The position numbers and the translations under genes are program-made. Below, in pieces: positions 46,987-57,601 of a stretch of DNA of 64,000 bases. This DNA comes from Myxococcota bacterium (lineage in GTDB: Bacteria > Myxococcota_A > UBA796 > CAJQPC01). Below the pieces are notes generated by a model. That model ran no database searches, was not told where the DNA came from, and saw only the letters and a list, made by a program, of their open reading frames with translations. The DNA lies in NCBI GenBank assembly GCA_036012755.1, contig DASCPX010000179.1, positions 1 through 64,000 on the forward strand, written 5' to 3'. Positions within the stretch are counted from its first letter, which is position 1; each line of letters starts with the position of its first letter.

Positions 46987-48654
46987 ATGCTCTGGACGAC
47001 CACCGCGCTCGCGGCGACGCTGCAGGTCCCTCAGGACTATCCAACGATCCAAGCGGCGATCGACGCGGCCGAGGTCGGCGACTTCGTCGAGGTCTACGAG
47101 GGCAACTACACAGAAGACCTCGACATCGACATCGACATCGAGATCGGCGCCGACGGCGGCCAGGTCGAGGTCGTCGGGACCCACGTCGTGACGGACGACC
47201 TCCGCATCAGCGGCGTCGACTTCACGGGCAACGGCCACGACCCCTGCTTCAGGGTCACGGGCGAGACGCTGTACATCGCCATGAGCCAGATCGTCGGCTG
47301 CGGCGGCGCCATCATCGCAACTGGAACGGACATCACCGTGCAGGGCTCGGCGTTGACGAGCAACAGCTCCTACGGGGGCGTCGGAGGTGTCGACCTCGTC
47401 GGCGGCGACCTCTACGTGTTCGACTCCAGCCTGACCGGGAACACCACGACCTACGGCAACACCGGCGCCATCGAGGTCGAAGGCGGCGACGTCGAGCTCG
47501 AGAGCTCCTCGTTGTCCAACAACCACGGCTACGGCGGCGGGGGCGCACTCGGCGTGGTCGGGGACCTTATCGTCACCGACACGAGCTTCTCGGGGGACGG
47601 GACGACCTACGGCTCGGGGGGTGCCATCCTCGTCACCGGGGGCGATGTGCTCATCGAGGGCTCCAGCTTCAGCTCCACCTCGGCCTACGGAGGGGGCGGG
47701 GCCGTAGCGGTGCGGGGCGGCGACCTCGAGGTGGTCTCGACGACCTTCGAGGACACCCAGACGACCTACGGGGTCGGGGGCGCCCTCGAGTGGTCCGACG
47801 GTGACTTCCTGGTGCTCGACGGCGTGGTCGCCAGCAACGGCAGCGCCTACGGTGGAGGCGGCCTGATCTTCGGCAGCGGGACGAGCATCACCGTCTCGAA
47901 GACCCAGCTGTCCTCTGGCTCGACGACATACGGGAACGGGGGCGCGCTCCATCTCACCGGCACCTCCGTCGAGCTGCATCGACTCTGGATCGAGGACGGC
48001 GCCTGCAGGGACGGAGGAGGAGGACTCTACGTCGACGCAGACAGCACGGAGATGACCAACTCGGTGGTCCTGGACAGCACCGCGCTCCTCGGCGGGGGCG
48101 TCTACCTCGCTGGGGACGTGGCGGAGGTCTACAACAACGACTTCCTCGCCAACGCCGCCAGCTCCGCCGCCGACAACGTCTTCCTCGCCGCCGGGTCTGC
48201 CGAGTTCGTCAACAACATCGTCGCGGGCTCCGAGAGCACCAGCCCGATGACGGCCAACGGCAGCGTCGAGTACGGACACAACGCCTGGTTCGACAACCTC
48301 GAGGACACGGACTTCGCCGCCGACACCGACGTGAACGAGGACTGCGACTTCGTCCAGTATTCCAGCGACCTCCACCTCTCGGAGGGCAGCCCCTGCATCG
48401 ACGCGGGCACCCCGGAGCTCTCGGACCCGGACGGCTCGGTGAGCGACATCGGGGCCTTCGGCGGACCCGGGGCGGAGTGGGAGGGAGAGACCGACACCGG
48501 CGACACCGGAGGGGACACAGGCGACACGAGCGACACCGGAGATGGGGACGACGGCGACGACGTCGGCGTGCGCGCTTTCTGCGGCTGCCGCTCCAACAAC
48601 AGCGCGATCCTGATCCTCGGACTCCTGCCGCTGTTGTTCCGCCGCCAGGGCTGA
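46987..48654 (+). CDS. Right-handed beta-helix surface protein with MYXO-CTERM-like tail
   Basis: VPQDYPTIQAAID, YGxGGA repeats, SPCIDAG..D.DG..SDIGAFGG, CGC..hydrophobic..RR. Confidence 0.85.
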   Translation: MLWTTTALAATLQVPQDYPTIQAAIDAAEVGDFVEVYEGNYTEDLDIDIDIEIGADGGQVEVVGTHVVTDDLRISGVDFTGNGHDPCFRVTGETLYIAMSQIVGCGGAIIATGTDITVQGSALTSNSSYGGVGGVDLVGGDLYVFDSSLTGNTTTYGNTGAIEVEGGDVELESSSLSNNHGYGGGGALGVVGDLIVTDTSFSGDGTTYGSGGAILVTGGDVLIEGSSFSSTSAYGGGGAVAVRGGDLEVVSTTFEDTQTTYGVGGALEWSDGDFLVLDGVVASNGSAYGGGGLIFGSGTSITVSKTQLSSGSTTYGNGGALHLTGTSVELHRLWIEDGACRDGGGGLYVDADSTEMTNSVVLDSTALLGGGVYLAGDVAEVYNNDFLANAASSAADNVFLAAGSAEFVNNIVAGSESTSPMTANGSVEYGHNAWFDNLEDTDFAADTDVNEDCDFVQYSSDLHLSEGSPCIDAGTPELSDPDGSVSDIGAFGGPGAEWEGETDTGDTGGDTGDTSDTGDGDDGDDVGVRAFCGCRSNNSAILILGLLPLLFRRQG

Positions 48655-49322
48655 TGGACCTGCTCCGCCGCAGCATCGCCGAGGCCGTTGGCACATTCGC
48701 GCTGGTCTTCGCCGGCTGCGGCGCGATCGTGGTCGAGGCGCAGACCGGGGCCCTCGGCCACGCGGGCGTCTCGGCGGTCTTCGGCCTGGTGATCGCCGTG
48801 ATGGTCTTCGCGGTCGGCCACATCAGCGGAGCCCACTTCAACCCTGGGGTCACCATCGCCTTCGCCCTGATCGGCGAGTTCCGCTGGAGAGAGGCCCCCG
48901 CCTACATCGCCGCCCAGGTCGCCGCCGCGGTGATCGCTGCCCTGGGCGTCGCCCACCTGATCGGGATGGACGCCCACCTCGGCGCGACCCTGCCCGCCGT
49001 CGAGCTCCTGCCCACGGCCCTGCTCGAGGTCGTCATGACCTTCTTCCTGATGTTCGTCATCACGGCCGTGGCGACGGACAGCCGGGCCTCTGGCAAGGTG
49101 GCCGCCCTCGCCATCGGGGGGACGGTGGGCCTCTGCGCGCTCTTCGGCGGTCCCCTGACCGGGGCCTCGCTGAACCCCGCCCGAAGCCTCGGCCCGGCGC
49201 TGGTCGGCGGCACGCTGGAGTCCCTCTGGCTCTACATCCTCGCCCCCATCGTCGGGGCGAGCCTGGGAGCGCTCGCCTACCGCTTCGTCCAGGGACAGCC
49301 GAAGACGGATGCGGCTGCGTAG
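48654..49322 (+). CDS. MIP family channel (NIP-like aquaporin)
   Basis: AE..GTF.LVF.G.G, HISGAHFNPGVT, GASLNPARSLGP. Confidence 0.93.
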   Translation: MDLLRRSIAEAVGTFALVFAGCGAIVVEAQTGALGHAGVSAVFGLVIAVMVFAVGHISGAHFNPGVTIAFALIGEFRWREAPAYIAAQVAAAVIAALGVAHLIGMDAHLGATLPAVELLPTALLEVVMTFFLMFVITAVATDSRASGKVAALAIGGTVGLCALFGGPLTGASLNPARSLGPALVGGTLESLWLYILAPIVGASLGALAYRFVQGQPKTDAAA

Positions 49323-49331
49323 AATCCGCGG

Positions 49332-51647
49332 ATGCAGATGCTGTGGATCGCCCCCCTGCTCGCGGGGCCGCTTGATGACGAGCTGAAGACCGTCTGCCGC
49401 GAGGCATGGATCGCCTCCCTCGATGCCACGGCCTACCCGCCGTCTCCCTACCTGGGGCCCCACGAGCTCCCGGCCACCATCGAGATCGAGACCAGCTACC
49501 AGGCCTTCAACGACTACTACTACTTCGCCCTGGTCGACGGGAAGATCTGGTACAAGCCCCGCTTCAAGCGCCCGGCTGGAGAGCCGGAGATCGCGACGAA
49601 GCTGCCCTGGAAGCTCCTGGGCCACGACGAGGGGCTGCCCTACCGGCTGGAGGATCCCGAGCTCGACACGTCATGGGCCGACGGCGAGCGCGGCGGCTGG
49701 GTCTCCGACCGCCACTTCGAGAACAGCGACGACTGGAAGAGCTTCATGGACCCGAACCTCTGGCATGGGGCCGGGCTGTGGCCCCACGACGACCCGATCG
49801 AGCTGGATGCGGACTTCCCGAGCGCCGCCAGCATCGTCGCCATCACCGCCGACGCCGACGAGCTCGCGGTGCTCTCCAACAACCGCCAGATGTTCTACCG
49901 GCGCAAGTTCGCCAACATCTTCGTGCCGGACGAGTGGATGTACGGCTGGGGTCAGTCAAAGGACCTGCCCGTCTACTTCCCGCGCCACCTCACCGGCAAC
50001 CGGGGCTGGTCCCTGGGGCGCATCACGGCGCCGGGGGTCGGCTACAAGGAGGGCCCCGACGGCCGCATCTTCGAGTGGGGCCCGGCAGCCGTCTCGATGG
50101 AGACGATGGTCTGGCTGGCCGCAGACGGACGAGTGATCTACTACCTCGACTCGGGCACTCCCCCCGAGATCGTGCACTTCGTCGAGCCGCCCCTTCGGGG
50201 TCAATGGCGCGGGGTGTCGATCAACGCCGCGGCCTCGACCGTGATGGTCATGGACCGCTTCGGAGCCGTCCAGACCAAGATCGCCGACTTCGACCTGCTC
50301 GGGTCCACGCCGACGCACCCCTACTGCTACTTCGAGGAGTGCGACGACGAGCCCTTCTACAAGCCCGGCGACATCCGCAGCGGCATGTCCGACATCCGCC
50401 TCCCCTCGGAGGGCTGGCAACTCCACCCCCCCGTCCTGCCGCCAGAGGCCTGGGACGAGGACAACTGGCTCTCAGAGGCCATCACCATCCTCCAGACCGG
50501 CAAGGGCAACGCAGAGCGAGAGCTGCGCATCGTCGGCATGCGCGAAGGCGTGCTCGGCTCCTTCCACAAGAAGCTGGACGCAGGGAGCTGGTCCTTCCGG
50601 CCTGCCCCCCACGGAGACAAGGCCTTCGAGGAGGGCCGCCGCCTCGCGCTCGTGGACCTCTCCCGGTACGGCGGAGCCAAGGCCTTCGCCGATCTGCACG
50701 CCGGGGAGCCCGTCGTCGACAAGCAGCTCGTCGGTCGCCTCGATCTGGGCGGCCGGGTCTTCGAGCTCGAGGTCGACGACTTCAACCCGCAGGCATCGCC
50801 CTGGCACATCACCATCCGCCACGGGGACATCGAGCTCCCCATGGAGCTCCACGTCGTGCAAGCGTGGAACCCCTACATGCCGCCTCACCCAGAGGACATC
50901 CACATCGTCACCTACGAGGGCACCCTGGCCTTCGAGTCGGTGGCCCTGATGCGAGAGCTCGACGGGCTCTACGATGAGCACGGGCGCGCCTTGACGCAGC
51001 TGGTCCAGAGGTCGAAGAACAACAAGTTCGCCCTGGTCGTCAACACCACGGAGGCGGGCATCTGGTTCCGAACCAAGTTCGAGGACCGCACTGGTCCGAT
51101 CGAAGCCATCGCCGTCCTCCCTCGCCTGGCGTTGAAGGAGGACGACCTCGCCGCCTGGGAGGCCCATGTCTGGACACTTTTGTCCGATCACATGGGCTGG
51201 CGCGACGCGGTCGATGGCCTCGACACCCTCCGCCCGGAGGCCACCTGCGAGCCGGCGAACCTGCGCTGGGCGGCGGAGGTGCTGAAGCTGGAGCGCGACA
51301 TCGACGGCGACCTCGACGGCATCAAGAGCGTGCGCAACGAGGCGAGGCGCTTTGCCCGCTTCACCTTCTCCACCAGCGGCTTCTTCTACGCCACCGGCAT
51401 CAAGGCGGTCGACGCCGCCTTGGACCACTCCCGCGCGAACCGGAATGACGACGTTCGCCCCAACGAGCTCCGATTCAACGTCATCGTCGGCGTCAGCGAG
51501 CGCATCCCCTACCTCGCGAAGAACATCTCCAGACTTCACGCGGACCGCTACCGCCTGGCGAAGGGGGAGCGTCAGCGGGTGGACGATGATCTCGACGCGC
51601 TGGTCGATCACGCCGAGGCGATCGGGAAAGTCTGCGAACAACGCTGA
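49332..51647 (+). CDS. Large hypothetical protein (771 aa)
   Basis: Long ORF with coding-like codon use; no family recognised. Confidence 0.8.
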   Translation: MQMLWIAPLLAGPLDDELKTVCREAWIASLDATAYPPSPYLGPHELPATIEIETSYQAFNDYYYFALVDGKIWYKPRFKRPAGEPEIATKLPWKLLGHDEGLPYRLEDPELDTSWADGERGGWVSDRHFENSDDWKSFMDPNLWHGAGLWPHDDPIELDADFPSAASIVAITADADELAVLSNNRQMFYRRKFANIFVPDEWMYGWGQSKDLPVYFPRHLTGNRGWSLGRITAPGVGYKEGPDGRIFEWGPAAVSMETMVWLAADGRVIYYLDSGTPPEIVHFVEPPLRGQWRGVSINAAASTVMVMDRFGAVQTKIADFDLLGSTPTHPYCYFEECDDEPFYKPGDIRSGMSDIRLPSEGWQLHPPVLPPEAWDEDNWLSEAITILQTGKGNAERELRIVGMREGVLGSFHKKLDAGSWSFRPAPHGDKAFEEGRRLALVDLSRYGGAKAFADLHAGEPVVDKQLVGRLDLGGRVFELEVDDFNPQASPWHITIRHGDIELPMELHVVQAWNPYMPPHPEDIHIVTYEGTLAFESVALMRELDGLYDEHGRALTQLVQRSKNNKFALVVNTTEAGIWFRTKFEDRTGPIEAIAVLPRLALKEDDLAAWEAHVWTLLSDHMGWRDAVDGLDTLRPEATCEPANLRWAAEVLKLERDIDGDLDGIKSVRNEARRFARFTFSTSGFFYATGIKAVDAALDHSRANRNDDVRPNELRFNVIVGVSERIPYLAKNISRLHADRYRLAKGERQRVDDDLDALVDHAEAIGKVCEQR

Positions 51648-51699
51648 GGTCCGGCCGCCTTCGATCCGATCACCAGGATGAGAAGAACGCAGGACGAAG

Positions 51700-52395
51700 G
51701 TGATTCTCGCGCTGCTGATGACGAACACCGCCTTCGCGCTAGACCGCGACGACGACGGACTGCGGAACAAGCTCGACGCCTGTCCGAGGCTGGCCGAGGA
51801 CCTCGACGGCTGGGAGGACGAAGACGGCTGCCCAGAGCCGACCAACGTGCAGATCAAGGTCCGCGACACCGACGGCTACTTCTACACCAGCGCCCCCTGG
51901 GCGCTCGGAGAGGACATCGGACAGGCTGGCGATGAGCGCGACCTGGAAGCCGGGGAGCACACGTTCTGGGTCGAGGGCTACCCCTCCACCGTGGTGGTTC
52001 CAGAGGGCCCACCGGCCTCGATCTACCTGGAGATACCTGCCCCCAGAGGGGAGCTCGCCGTCCGGGCGGTCGACATCATGGGCAACCTTGTGGAGGCCGA
52101 CTTCATCGCGGACGGGCCGGGTCGCGTGGGAGCCCGCTGCAACCGCGACGTGCTCATCCGACCGGGCACCTGGCAGGTCCGGGTGACCGCGCCTGGATAC
52201 GACCCGATCCATGGCCGGGTCTGGGTGCGAGAGGACGACAAGATCACCGTCCTGGCACTGATGCGACCCACCACGCGGGATCGCGACGGGGACGGAGTCC
52301 CGGACGACATCGACTACTGCCCCGACCAGCAAGAGGACGTCGACGGCCACGAGGACACCGACGGCTGCCCCGACGGGGCCGACGTCGAGCTCTGA
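51700..52395 (+). CDS. Secreted protein with thrombospondin type 3-like Ca-binding repeats
   Basis: D.D.DG....D.CP...ED.DG.ED.DGCP at both ends. Confidence 0.8.
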   Translation: MILALLMTNTAFALDRDDDGLRNKLDACPRLAEDLDGWEDEDGCPEPTNVQIKVRDTDGYFYTSAPWALGEDIGQAGDERDLEAGEHTFWVEGYPSTVVVPEGPPASIYLEIPAPRGELAVRAVDIMGNLVEADFIADGPGRVGARCNRDVLIRPGTWQVRVTAPGYDPIHGRVWVREDDKITVLALMRPTTRDRDGDGVPDDIDYCPDQQEDVDGHEDTDGCPDGADVEL

Positions 52396-52411
52396 GTCTC
52401 GCGGATCTGAG

Positions 52412-53052
52412 TCACCTGGCGGGGGGGCGCGACTGGCCGGAGCCGTTGTCTCCCCAGCACTCGATGGCGTCCGCGCTGTCGAGCCCGCAAGCATGTCCAC
52501 GTCCGACATCCAGCTCGACGAATGTGCCTTCGACAGCCCTGTTCAGCTCGCCCCAGCACGTGGCCGCGCCGGCCGAGTCCAGGGCGCAGGCAGAGTCCCC
52601 TCCGGCCGCCAGGTAGACGAAGTCAGAACCGGCGGGAACCGAGGTCACGACCGGCCCGCGCCCCCAACACGTGACCACACCGTCGCCCTGGAGGGCGCAG
52701 ACATGGTCGTCGCCCACGGCGAGATGGGTGAAGGAGCCCTCTGGAACCTCGGCCTCGAGGTCGAGTCCCGAATCGGCCCCGCCCAGGGACTCCCAACAGG
52801 CCAAGGTCCCGTCGGTGGCGACTCCGCACACCCGAGGAGCGTCCCCACCGCTACCTGCGTGAAGGTGCCGTCGGCAGCGCGGGCGTCTCCCCAGGCGCCC
52901 CAGCAGCTCATGGCGCCCGATGCCTCGAGACCACAGGCCATGCCATAGCCCGAGGCGACCTGGACGAGTTCGACATCGGGAACGTCGAGCTGACCCAATC
53001 CGTACCACCCCCAGCAAACCGTCGCAGGGCTGAGCGCGGCGCAGGAGTGCAC
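52412..53052 (-). pseudogene. RCC1-like repeat protein, frameshifted and 5'-damaged
   Basis: CWG repeats split between ORFs 52645..53052 and 52412..53017; frame switch near 52845. Confidence 0.7.
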
Positions 53053-53251
53053 GGCACCAGCCGAGATGCGCGGAGCGACCGCCGGAGCGGACTCCGACGT
53101 GTGTTCACTGTCGTCCTGAGCAGGTGGTTCGCCAGGTCCGGGGCCATCGGCCTAGCATGCCAGCAACAATGTCAGCGCGTTCATCCAGACCCCCTATCGG
53201 GCGAGTTGTCAGTAGAGCCGGACGATACCAGCGATCCAGCGGGACAGCCGC

Positions 53252-54640
53252 CTAGGGCATCGCCTCCAAGAGCGCCGCGTAGTCGGACTCCCAGAGGGGC
53301 TCGATCTCCCATTCGTCCGAGTAGCCCTGCCACAGCCAGATACCGACGAAGGGGGCGTACTCGGTGGAGATCTCGACCAGGCTGGTGTTGTCCTCGACCG
53401 AGTAGCCGCCGTAGAAGGTGACCCCGTAGTTCGGCAGCTCGTCGTGGAAGGTGGAGAAGTAGCTCCGCGTCAGGCCGTGGGGGCCGCCGAAGTGGTTCAC
53501 GAAGGCGAGGTCCTCTTCGAAGAGCCCCAGCCGCCGGTCGCCGTAGGCCTTGCCGAGGACGCCGTCGGTGTTGTAGGGGCTGCGAATGCTGGAGTCCGCG
53601 GCGTAGGCCCAGATCCAGTTGTCCTCGCAGGCGGCGACCACGTCGTCGGTGCAGTCCTCGCCGTAGTGGTAGGCGAGCCAGTCGTAGTCGACGACGTTGT
53701 CCGCGGCGTAGTCCGCGATGACGAGGTAGTCGCCGGCGTTGTCGTGGAGGTACTGCGACATCGTCCAGATGGCCTCTGCGTCGCGATCCTTCGATGACCA
53801 GGGCACGCCCTCGTAGACAGCGTTGAGCGGCTCGTCCGAGATGTAGAAGCCGACCAGGTTCTGCAGCCGCGGATCCGTGGGATCCACCAGCAGGCCACCC
53901 TCCCCGAAGAGCACCGCCTCCAGGAACTCGAGGTCCGCCTCGGCGTCTTCGAGCGCGATCTCCAGGGTGTCTCCGTCCTCGCACCAGGTGAGCCCATCCC
54001 CGTCGAGGTGCTCGCCAGGAGACAGCACGGTGTCGGCGGCGTCGAGATCGCAGTAGTCGGGGAGCTCGTTGATGACCGACTGCACTCCCTTCTGGAAGGT
54101 GTGGACGTCGACGACGAGCTTCATGTTGCCGCCGGTGTACTCCTCCAGGAGCTCGAGCTGCTCCCAGACGTCCGTCGCGAAGGGCTTCGCCAACTCCGAG
54201 TGGCTGCCGCCGAGCACCATCGTGACGGCCTCGTCCCCACCCCAGTGACCCATCCACATGCGCTTCAGATCCCAGGGATCGTTGGGGAAGTACCACAACA
54301 GCGCGCCCGTGACGTTGGGTGTCTCCTCGTAGACGTCGAAGGCCACCTCCTCCGAGCGTCCCTCCGGCGTCTCGATCCAGAGGCTGTGGGTGCCGGCGAC
54401 GAGCGCGGTGTCCAGCACCGAGACCCCATCTACGACTGGGAACTCGCCCAGCTCGGCCCAGGTGACAGCGTCGACGTCGAGGTCGACCTCGGCCGTGATC
54501 AGCCCGGACTCGAAGGTGTGGAGCTTGTTGATGTGTCCGAAGCGGTCCAGGTCGAGGACCCGGAGCTCGGCCACGACGGGGAGCTCCTCGACCGGTGGAT
54601 TCTCGGGATCGACGGAGCCGGTGCAGGCGAGCAAGAGCAT
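53252..54640 (-). CDS. Hypothetical acidic lipoprotein (possible glycoside-hydrolase-like fold)
   Basis: MLLLAC; GFYISDEP motif. Confidence 0.75.
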   Translation of the reverse strand: MLLLACTGSVDPENPPVEELPVVAELRVLDLDRFGHINKLHTFESGLITAEVDLDVDAVTWAELGEFPVVDGVSVLDTALVAGTHSLWIETPEGRSEEVAFDVYEETPNVTGALLWYFPNDPWDLKRMWMGHWGGDEAVTMVLGGSHSELAKPFATDVWEQLELLEEYTGGNMKLVVDVHTFQKGVQSVINELPDYCDLDAADTVLSPGEHLDGDGLTWCEDGDTLEIALEDAEADLEFLEAVLFGEGGLLVDPTDPRLQNLVGFYISDEPLNAVYEGVPWSSKDRDAEAIWTMSQYLHDNAGDYLVIADYAADNVVDYDWLAYHYGEDCTDDVVAACEDNWIWAYAADSSIRSPYNTDGVLGKAYGDRRLGLFEEDLAFVNHFGGPHGLTRSYFSTFHDELPNYGVTFYGGYSVEDNTSLVEISTEYAPFVGIWLWQGYSDEWEIEPLWESDYAALLEAMP

Positions 54641-54668
54641 GAGAATTCCTAACGCAGGGACACCGTGG

Positions 54669-55853
54669 TCAGTCGGATTCCCCGCCCAGCACGCTCGAGA
54701 CGTGGTCGTGCAGCCTGCGGCCCCGCCTGTGCTTCGGGTTCAGGCTGATGAGCCTGCCGAGGATGGTCCAGGCGTCGAGGTGGTCGCCGCCGTCGTAGGC
54801 GATGCGCGCGAGCACGTAGAGAGCGTCACCCTTGCGGTCCACGCGGGAGATCTTCTCGGCGAGCTGGACGGCCTGCATCTTCCGGTCCGCCTCCGGCCTG
54901 GAGGCGTCCTTGTAGATCGCGTAGGCCATCCACGCGGCGTTCCGAGGCTGTCCCGGGAAGCGCTTGTTGGCCTTCGCGAAGCACTTGACCGCCTCGCCGT
55001 AGACCTCTGCCTTCAGGCGCCTCATGCCGGCGGCGTAGCCATCCTCTGCCGAGACGTCATCTGCTGGCCCGAGGGCCGATCCACCTCGAATCCCCTCCGC
55101 GGCGAACTCCAGCCGCTTGATGATTCGACGAGCCAGATCCTGGCCATCCCCAGCGAGCCGCGGATCGACGTCGAAGGCCTGGAAGTGGCCGATCTGACGG
55201 GCGATGGCGCTCTCGATGACCGCCTCGTCGTCCGAGGGGCGAAGCTCGAAGACGCTCCAGTCATCAGACGACTGCACCCTCGCCCAGGCATCTCGCAGCC
55301 GGCCGAGGTCCCCGGAGTCGACCGCGGGAGCCACGGCCCCCTGGAGCCGGAGCACACCCATCAACAACAGGGCGCAGATCTCGTCGAGGACCTCTCGACG
55401 GACCTCGCGCGGGATCTCCATCGTGGCGCGGAGCTGCATCTCCTCGCGCATGACCCGCTCCACGACCTTCTTCGTGGCGTAGCGGAGCGGTAGCTTGCCT
55501 CCCCATTGCCCGGCGGGGCCAGGGACGAGGCAGTCACGACTACGCCCCTTGAGGACACGGCGACTGGCGGCCTTTCGCGCCGCGAACCACAGCTCGTTGG
55601 CCAAGAACCCGGCGGTCTTCTCCAGCGGGACGTGAGCCTCGAGGTGCTCGGGCGGGTCGTCCTGGTAGAGGCCGTGGACGAGGGCCTGGAGATCCTCTCC
55701 GGTGGGCGGCTCGCCCTGGACGAGCCGCGCCTCGCCGCCCCGCCACCGCAGGAACCCGGTTCGCTCCTCCGCCCAGAAGCGGGCGAAGGTCTCCAGGACC
55801 GCCGGGACCGGTGCCCGGTCGGCGTGTTGGCAGATGGGCCGGGCGCGAGGCAT
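54669..55853 (-). CDS. Hypothetical protein with degenerate J-domain-like segment and TPR-like C-terminus
   Basis: ERTG.L, DDWSVFEL..., helical TPR-like repeats; no HPD motif. Confidence 0.65.
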   Translation of the reverse strand: MPRARPICQHADRAPVPAVLETFARFWAEERTGFLRWRGGEARLVQGEPPTGEDLQALVHGLYQDDPPEHLEAHVPLEKTAGFLANELWFAARKAASRRVLKGRSRDCLVPGPAGQWGGKLPLRYATKKVVERVMREEMQLRATMEIPREVRREVLDEICALLLMGVLRLQGAVAPAVDSGDLGRLRDAWARVQSSDDWSVFELRPSDDEAVIESAIARQIGHFQAFDVDPRLAGDGQDLARRIIKRLEFAAEGIRGGSALGPADDVSAEDGYAAGMRRLKAEVYGEAVKCFAKANKRFPGQPRNAAWMAYAIYKDASRPEADRKMQAVQLAEKISRVDRKGDALYVLARIAYDGGDHLDAWTILGRLISLNPKHRRGRRLHDHVSSVLGGESD

Positions 55854-55875
55854 CGCCCTGACCCTACGCTGCGAA

Positions 55876-57531
55876 TCAGCCGCGGTGTCGGATGTCGCGA
55901 CCGGCGATCATGAAGACCGCCTGCTCGGCGAGGTTGGTGGCGTGGTCGCCCATCCGCTCCAGCGTGCGAGCGATGGCGGCAACGTGGATGCCTGGCTCGA
56001 CCACCTTCGGGTCCCGACGCATGGCCTCCAGCACCGCTCGGTCGAAGTGGTGGTAGAGCGCGTCGACCTCGTCGTCCCGGGCCAGGACGGCGCGAGCGCG
56101 GTCGACGTCCTCGCGCACGAAGGCGTCGATGGCGCCTCGGACCATGTCCTGGACGGTCGCGGCCATCTTCGGGATCGGATCGACCGGGCCGGGCCGCTCT
56201 GCCCCACCCAGCGCGAGGACGCGCTCGCTGACGTTCACCGCAAGGTCCGCGATGCGCTCCAGGTCCGTGACCATCTTCAGCGTCGCCGCCAGGAAACGAA
56301 GCTCGGTCGAGGGCCGCTCGGCGCCGAGCAGGGCCAGGCACAGCTGGTCGACCCGGAGTTCGTCCTCGTTGACGGCCTCGTCCGCCGAGATGGTCTCGCG
56401 AGCCAGCTCGAGATCGCGCTCGACGTAGGCCCGCGTGGCGCTCGCGATCATCTCCTCGACACGTCCGGCCATCAGCAGCAGGCTCTCGCGAATGGCCTCG
56501 ACGGTCTCTGGCGCCGCGAACGGGGCGCGGGCCGGGAACACGATCTCATCGCTCGCCTGCTCGACCGGGTGGCGTGTCTCGGCGACGGCATCAGAGGTCG
56601 CTGCGGGGAGCTCGACCCAGAACACCGAGCCCTGGGGTCGATTGGCCTCGACGCCGACACGTCCGCCCATCGTCAAGACCAGGTGGCGCACGATCGACAG
56701 GCCCAGACCGGTGCCCCCGAGCTCCCTGGAGCGCCCCGGGTCGACCCGGTAGAACCGCTCGAAGACACGCTGTCGGTGGTGGGGTTCGATGCCGGCTCCC
56801 TCGTCGCGGATCTCGATGCGGATGGAGCGGCCACGGGGCTCCGCGCGCAACGAGACGCCTCCGTCGGTGTACTTGCAGGCGTTGTCGACGAGGTTCACGA
56901 GGACCTGCTCCAGGGCGCGGTCGTCCGCAACCGCGATCCGACCCTCTGGCAGATCGACGTCCAGCCGCCCGTACTCGGTGCCCAGTCGGCGCCCGAGGTC
57001 GCGCAGGCTGACGGGCCGGAGATCCAGGGGATCGCGGCCCTCCTCGATGCGCGCCAGGTCGAGCAGGTCCACGACCAGGGCGTTGAGCCGATCGGCGTTC
57101 CGGGCGATGGCCTCGACGAAGGGCTGGGGCTGCTCCTCGAGGGCACCGTCGAGCAGGGCCTCGGCGTTGGCCCGAATGACAGCCACCGGCGTCCGCAGCT
57201 CGTGGGAGACATTGGCGACGAAGTCTCGGCGAACCGTCTCCAGCTGGCGAAGGCGGGTGTGGTCGCGGAGCACGAGCACCGTGCCGTCGGGCAGAGGGGT
57301 GGCGCGCAGGTACAGCGAGCGCCCGTCTGGCATGTCGAACTCTCCCTCCGAGTCGGGGAGCAGCGCGTGGGCGGCGGGGCTGCGAAGGACATCGACGAGC
57401 TTGTGACCGACCAGCGGGCCGACGAGGAGCTCGCCGGCGGCCTCGTTCGCGTGCACGATGCGGCCCTCTCCGTCCAAGGCGACGACCGCGTCCCCGAGGC
57501 TCTGGAGGATTCCATCGAAGCGCGCAGGCAT
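55876..57531 (-). CDS. PhoR-like PAS histidine kinase fused to PhoU
   Basis: RRDFVANVSHELRTP, NLVDNA.KY, FERFYRVD..RSR..GGTGLGL, then LLLMAG.VE.MI, D..VN..E..VD, DLERIAD, LERMGDHATN.AE. Confidence 0.9.
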   Translation of the reverse strand: MPARFDGILQSLGDAVVALDGEGRIVHANEAAGELLVGPLVGHKLVDVLRSPAAHALLPDSEGEFDMPDGRSLYLRATPLPDGTVLVLRDHTRLRQLETVRRDFVANVSHELRTPVAVIRANAEALLDGALEEQPQPFVEAIARNADRLNALVVDLLDLARIEEGRDPLDLRPVSLRDLGRRLGTEYGRLDVDLPEGRIAVADDRALEQVLVNLVDNACKYTDGGVSLRAEPRGRSIRIEIRDEGAGIEPHHRQRVFERFYRVDPGRSRELGGTGLGLSIVRHLVLTMGGRVGVEANRPQGSVFWVELPAATSDAVAETRHPVEQASDEIVFPARAPFAAPETVEAIRESLLLMAGRVEEMIASATRAYVERDLELARETISADEAVNEDELRVDQLCLALLGAERPSTELRFLAATLKMVTDLERIADLAVNVSERVLALGGAERPGPVDPIPKMAATVQDMVRGAIDAFVREDVDRARAVLARDDEVDALYHHFDRAVLEAMRRDPKVVEPGIHVAAIARTLERMGDHATNLAEQAVFMIAGRDIRHRG

Positions 57532-57601
57532 GGAGACCGCTATCGCGTCAAGCTGTAGTCAAGCGTATACACTGCTCGTATACACACTGTATAGTCCGCC
57601 C

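Noticed and set aside
57564..57585. Canonical Pho box
   Set aside because: Period is 13 rather than 11 bp and the sequence does not match CTGTCAT
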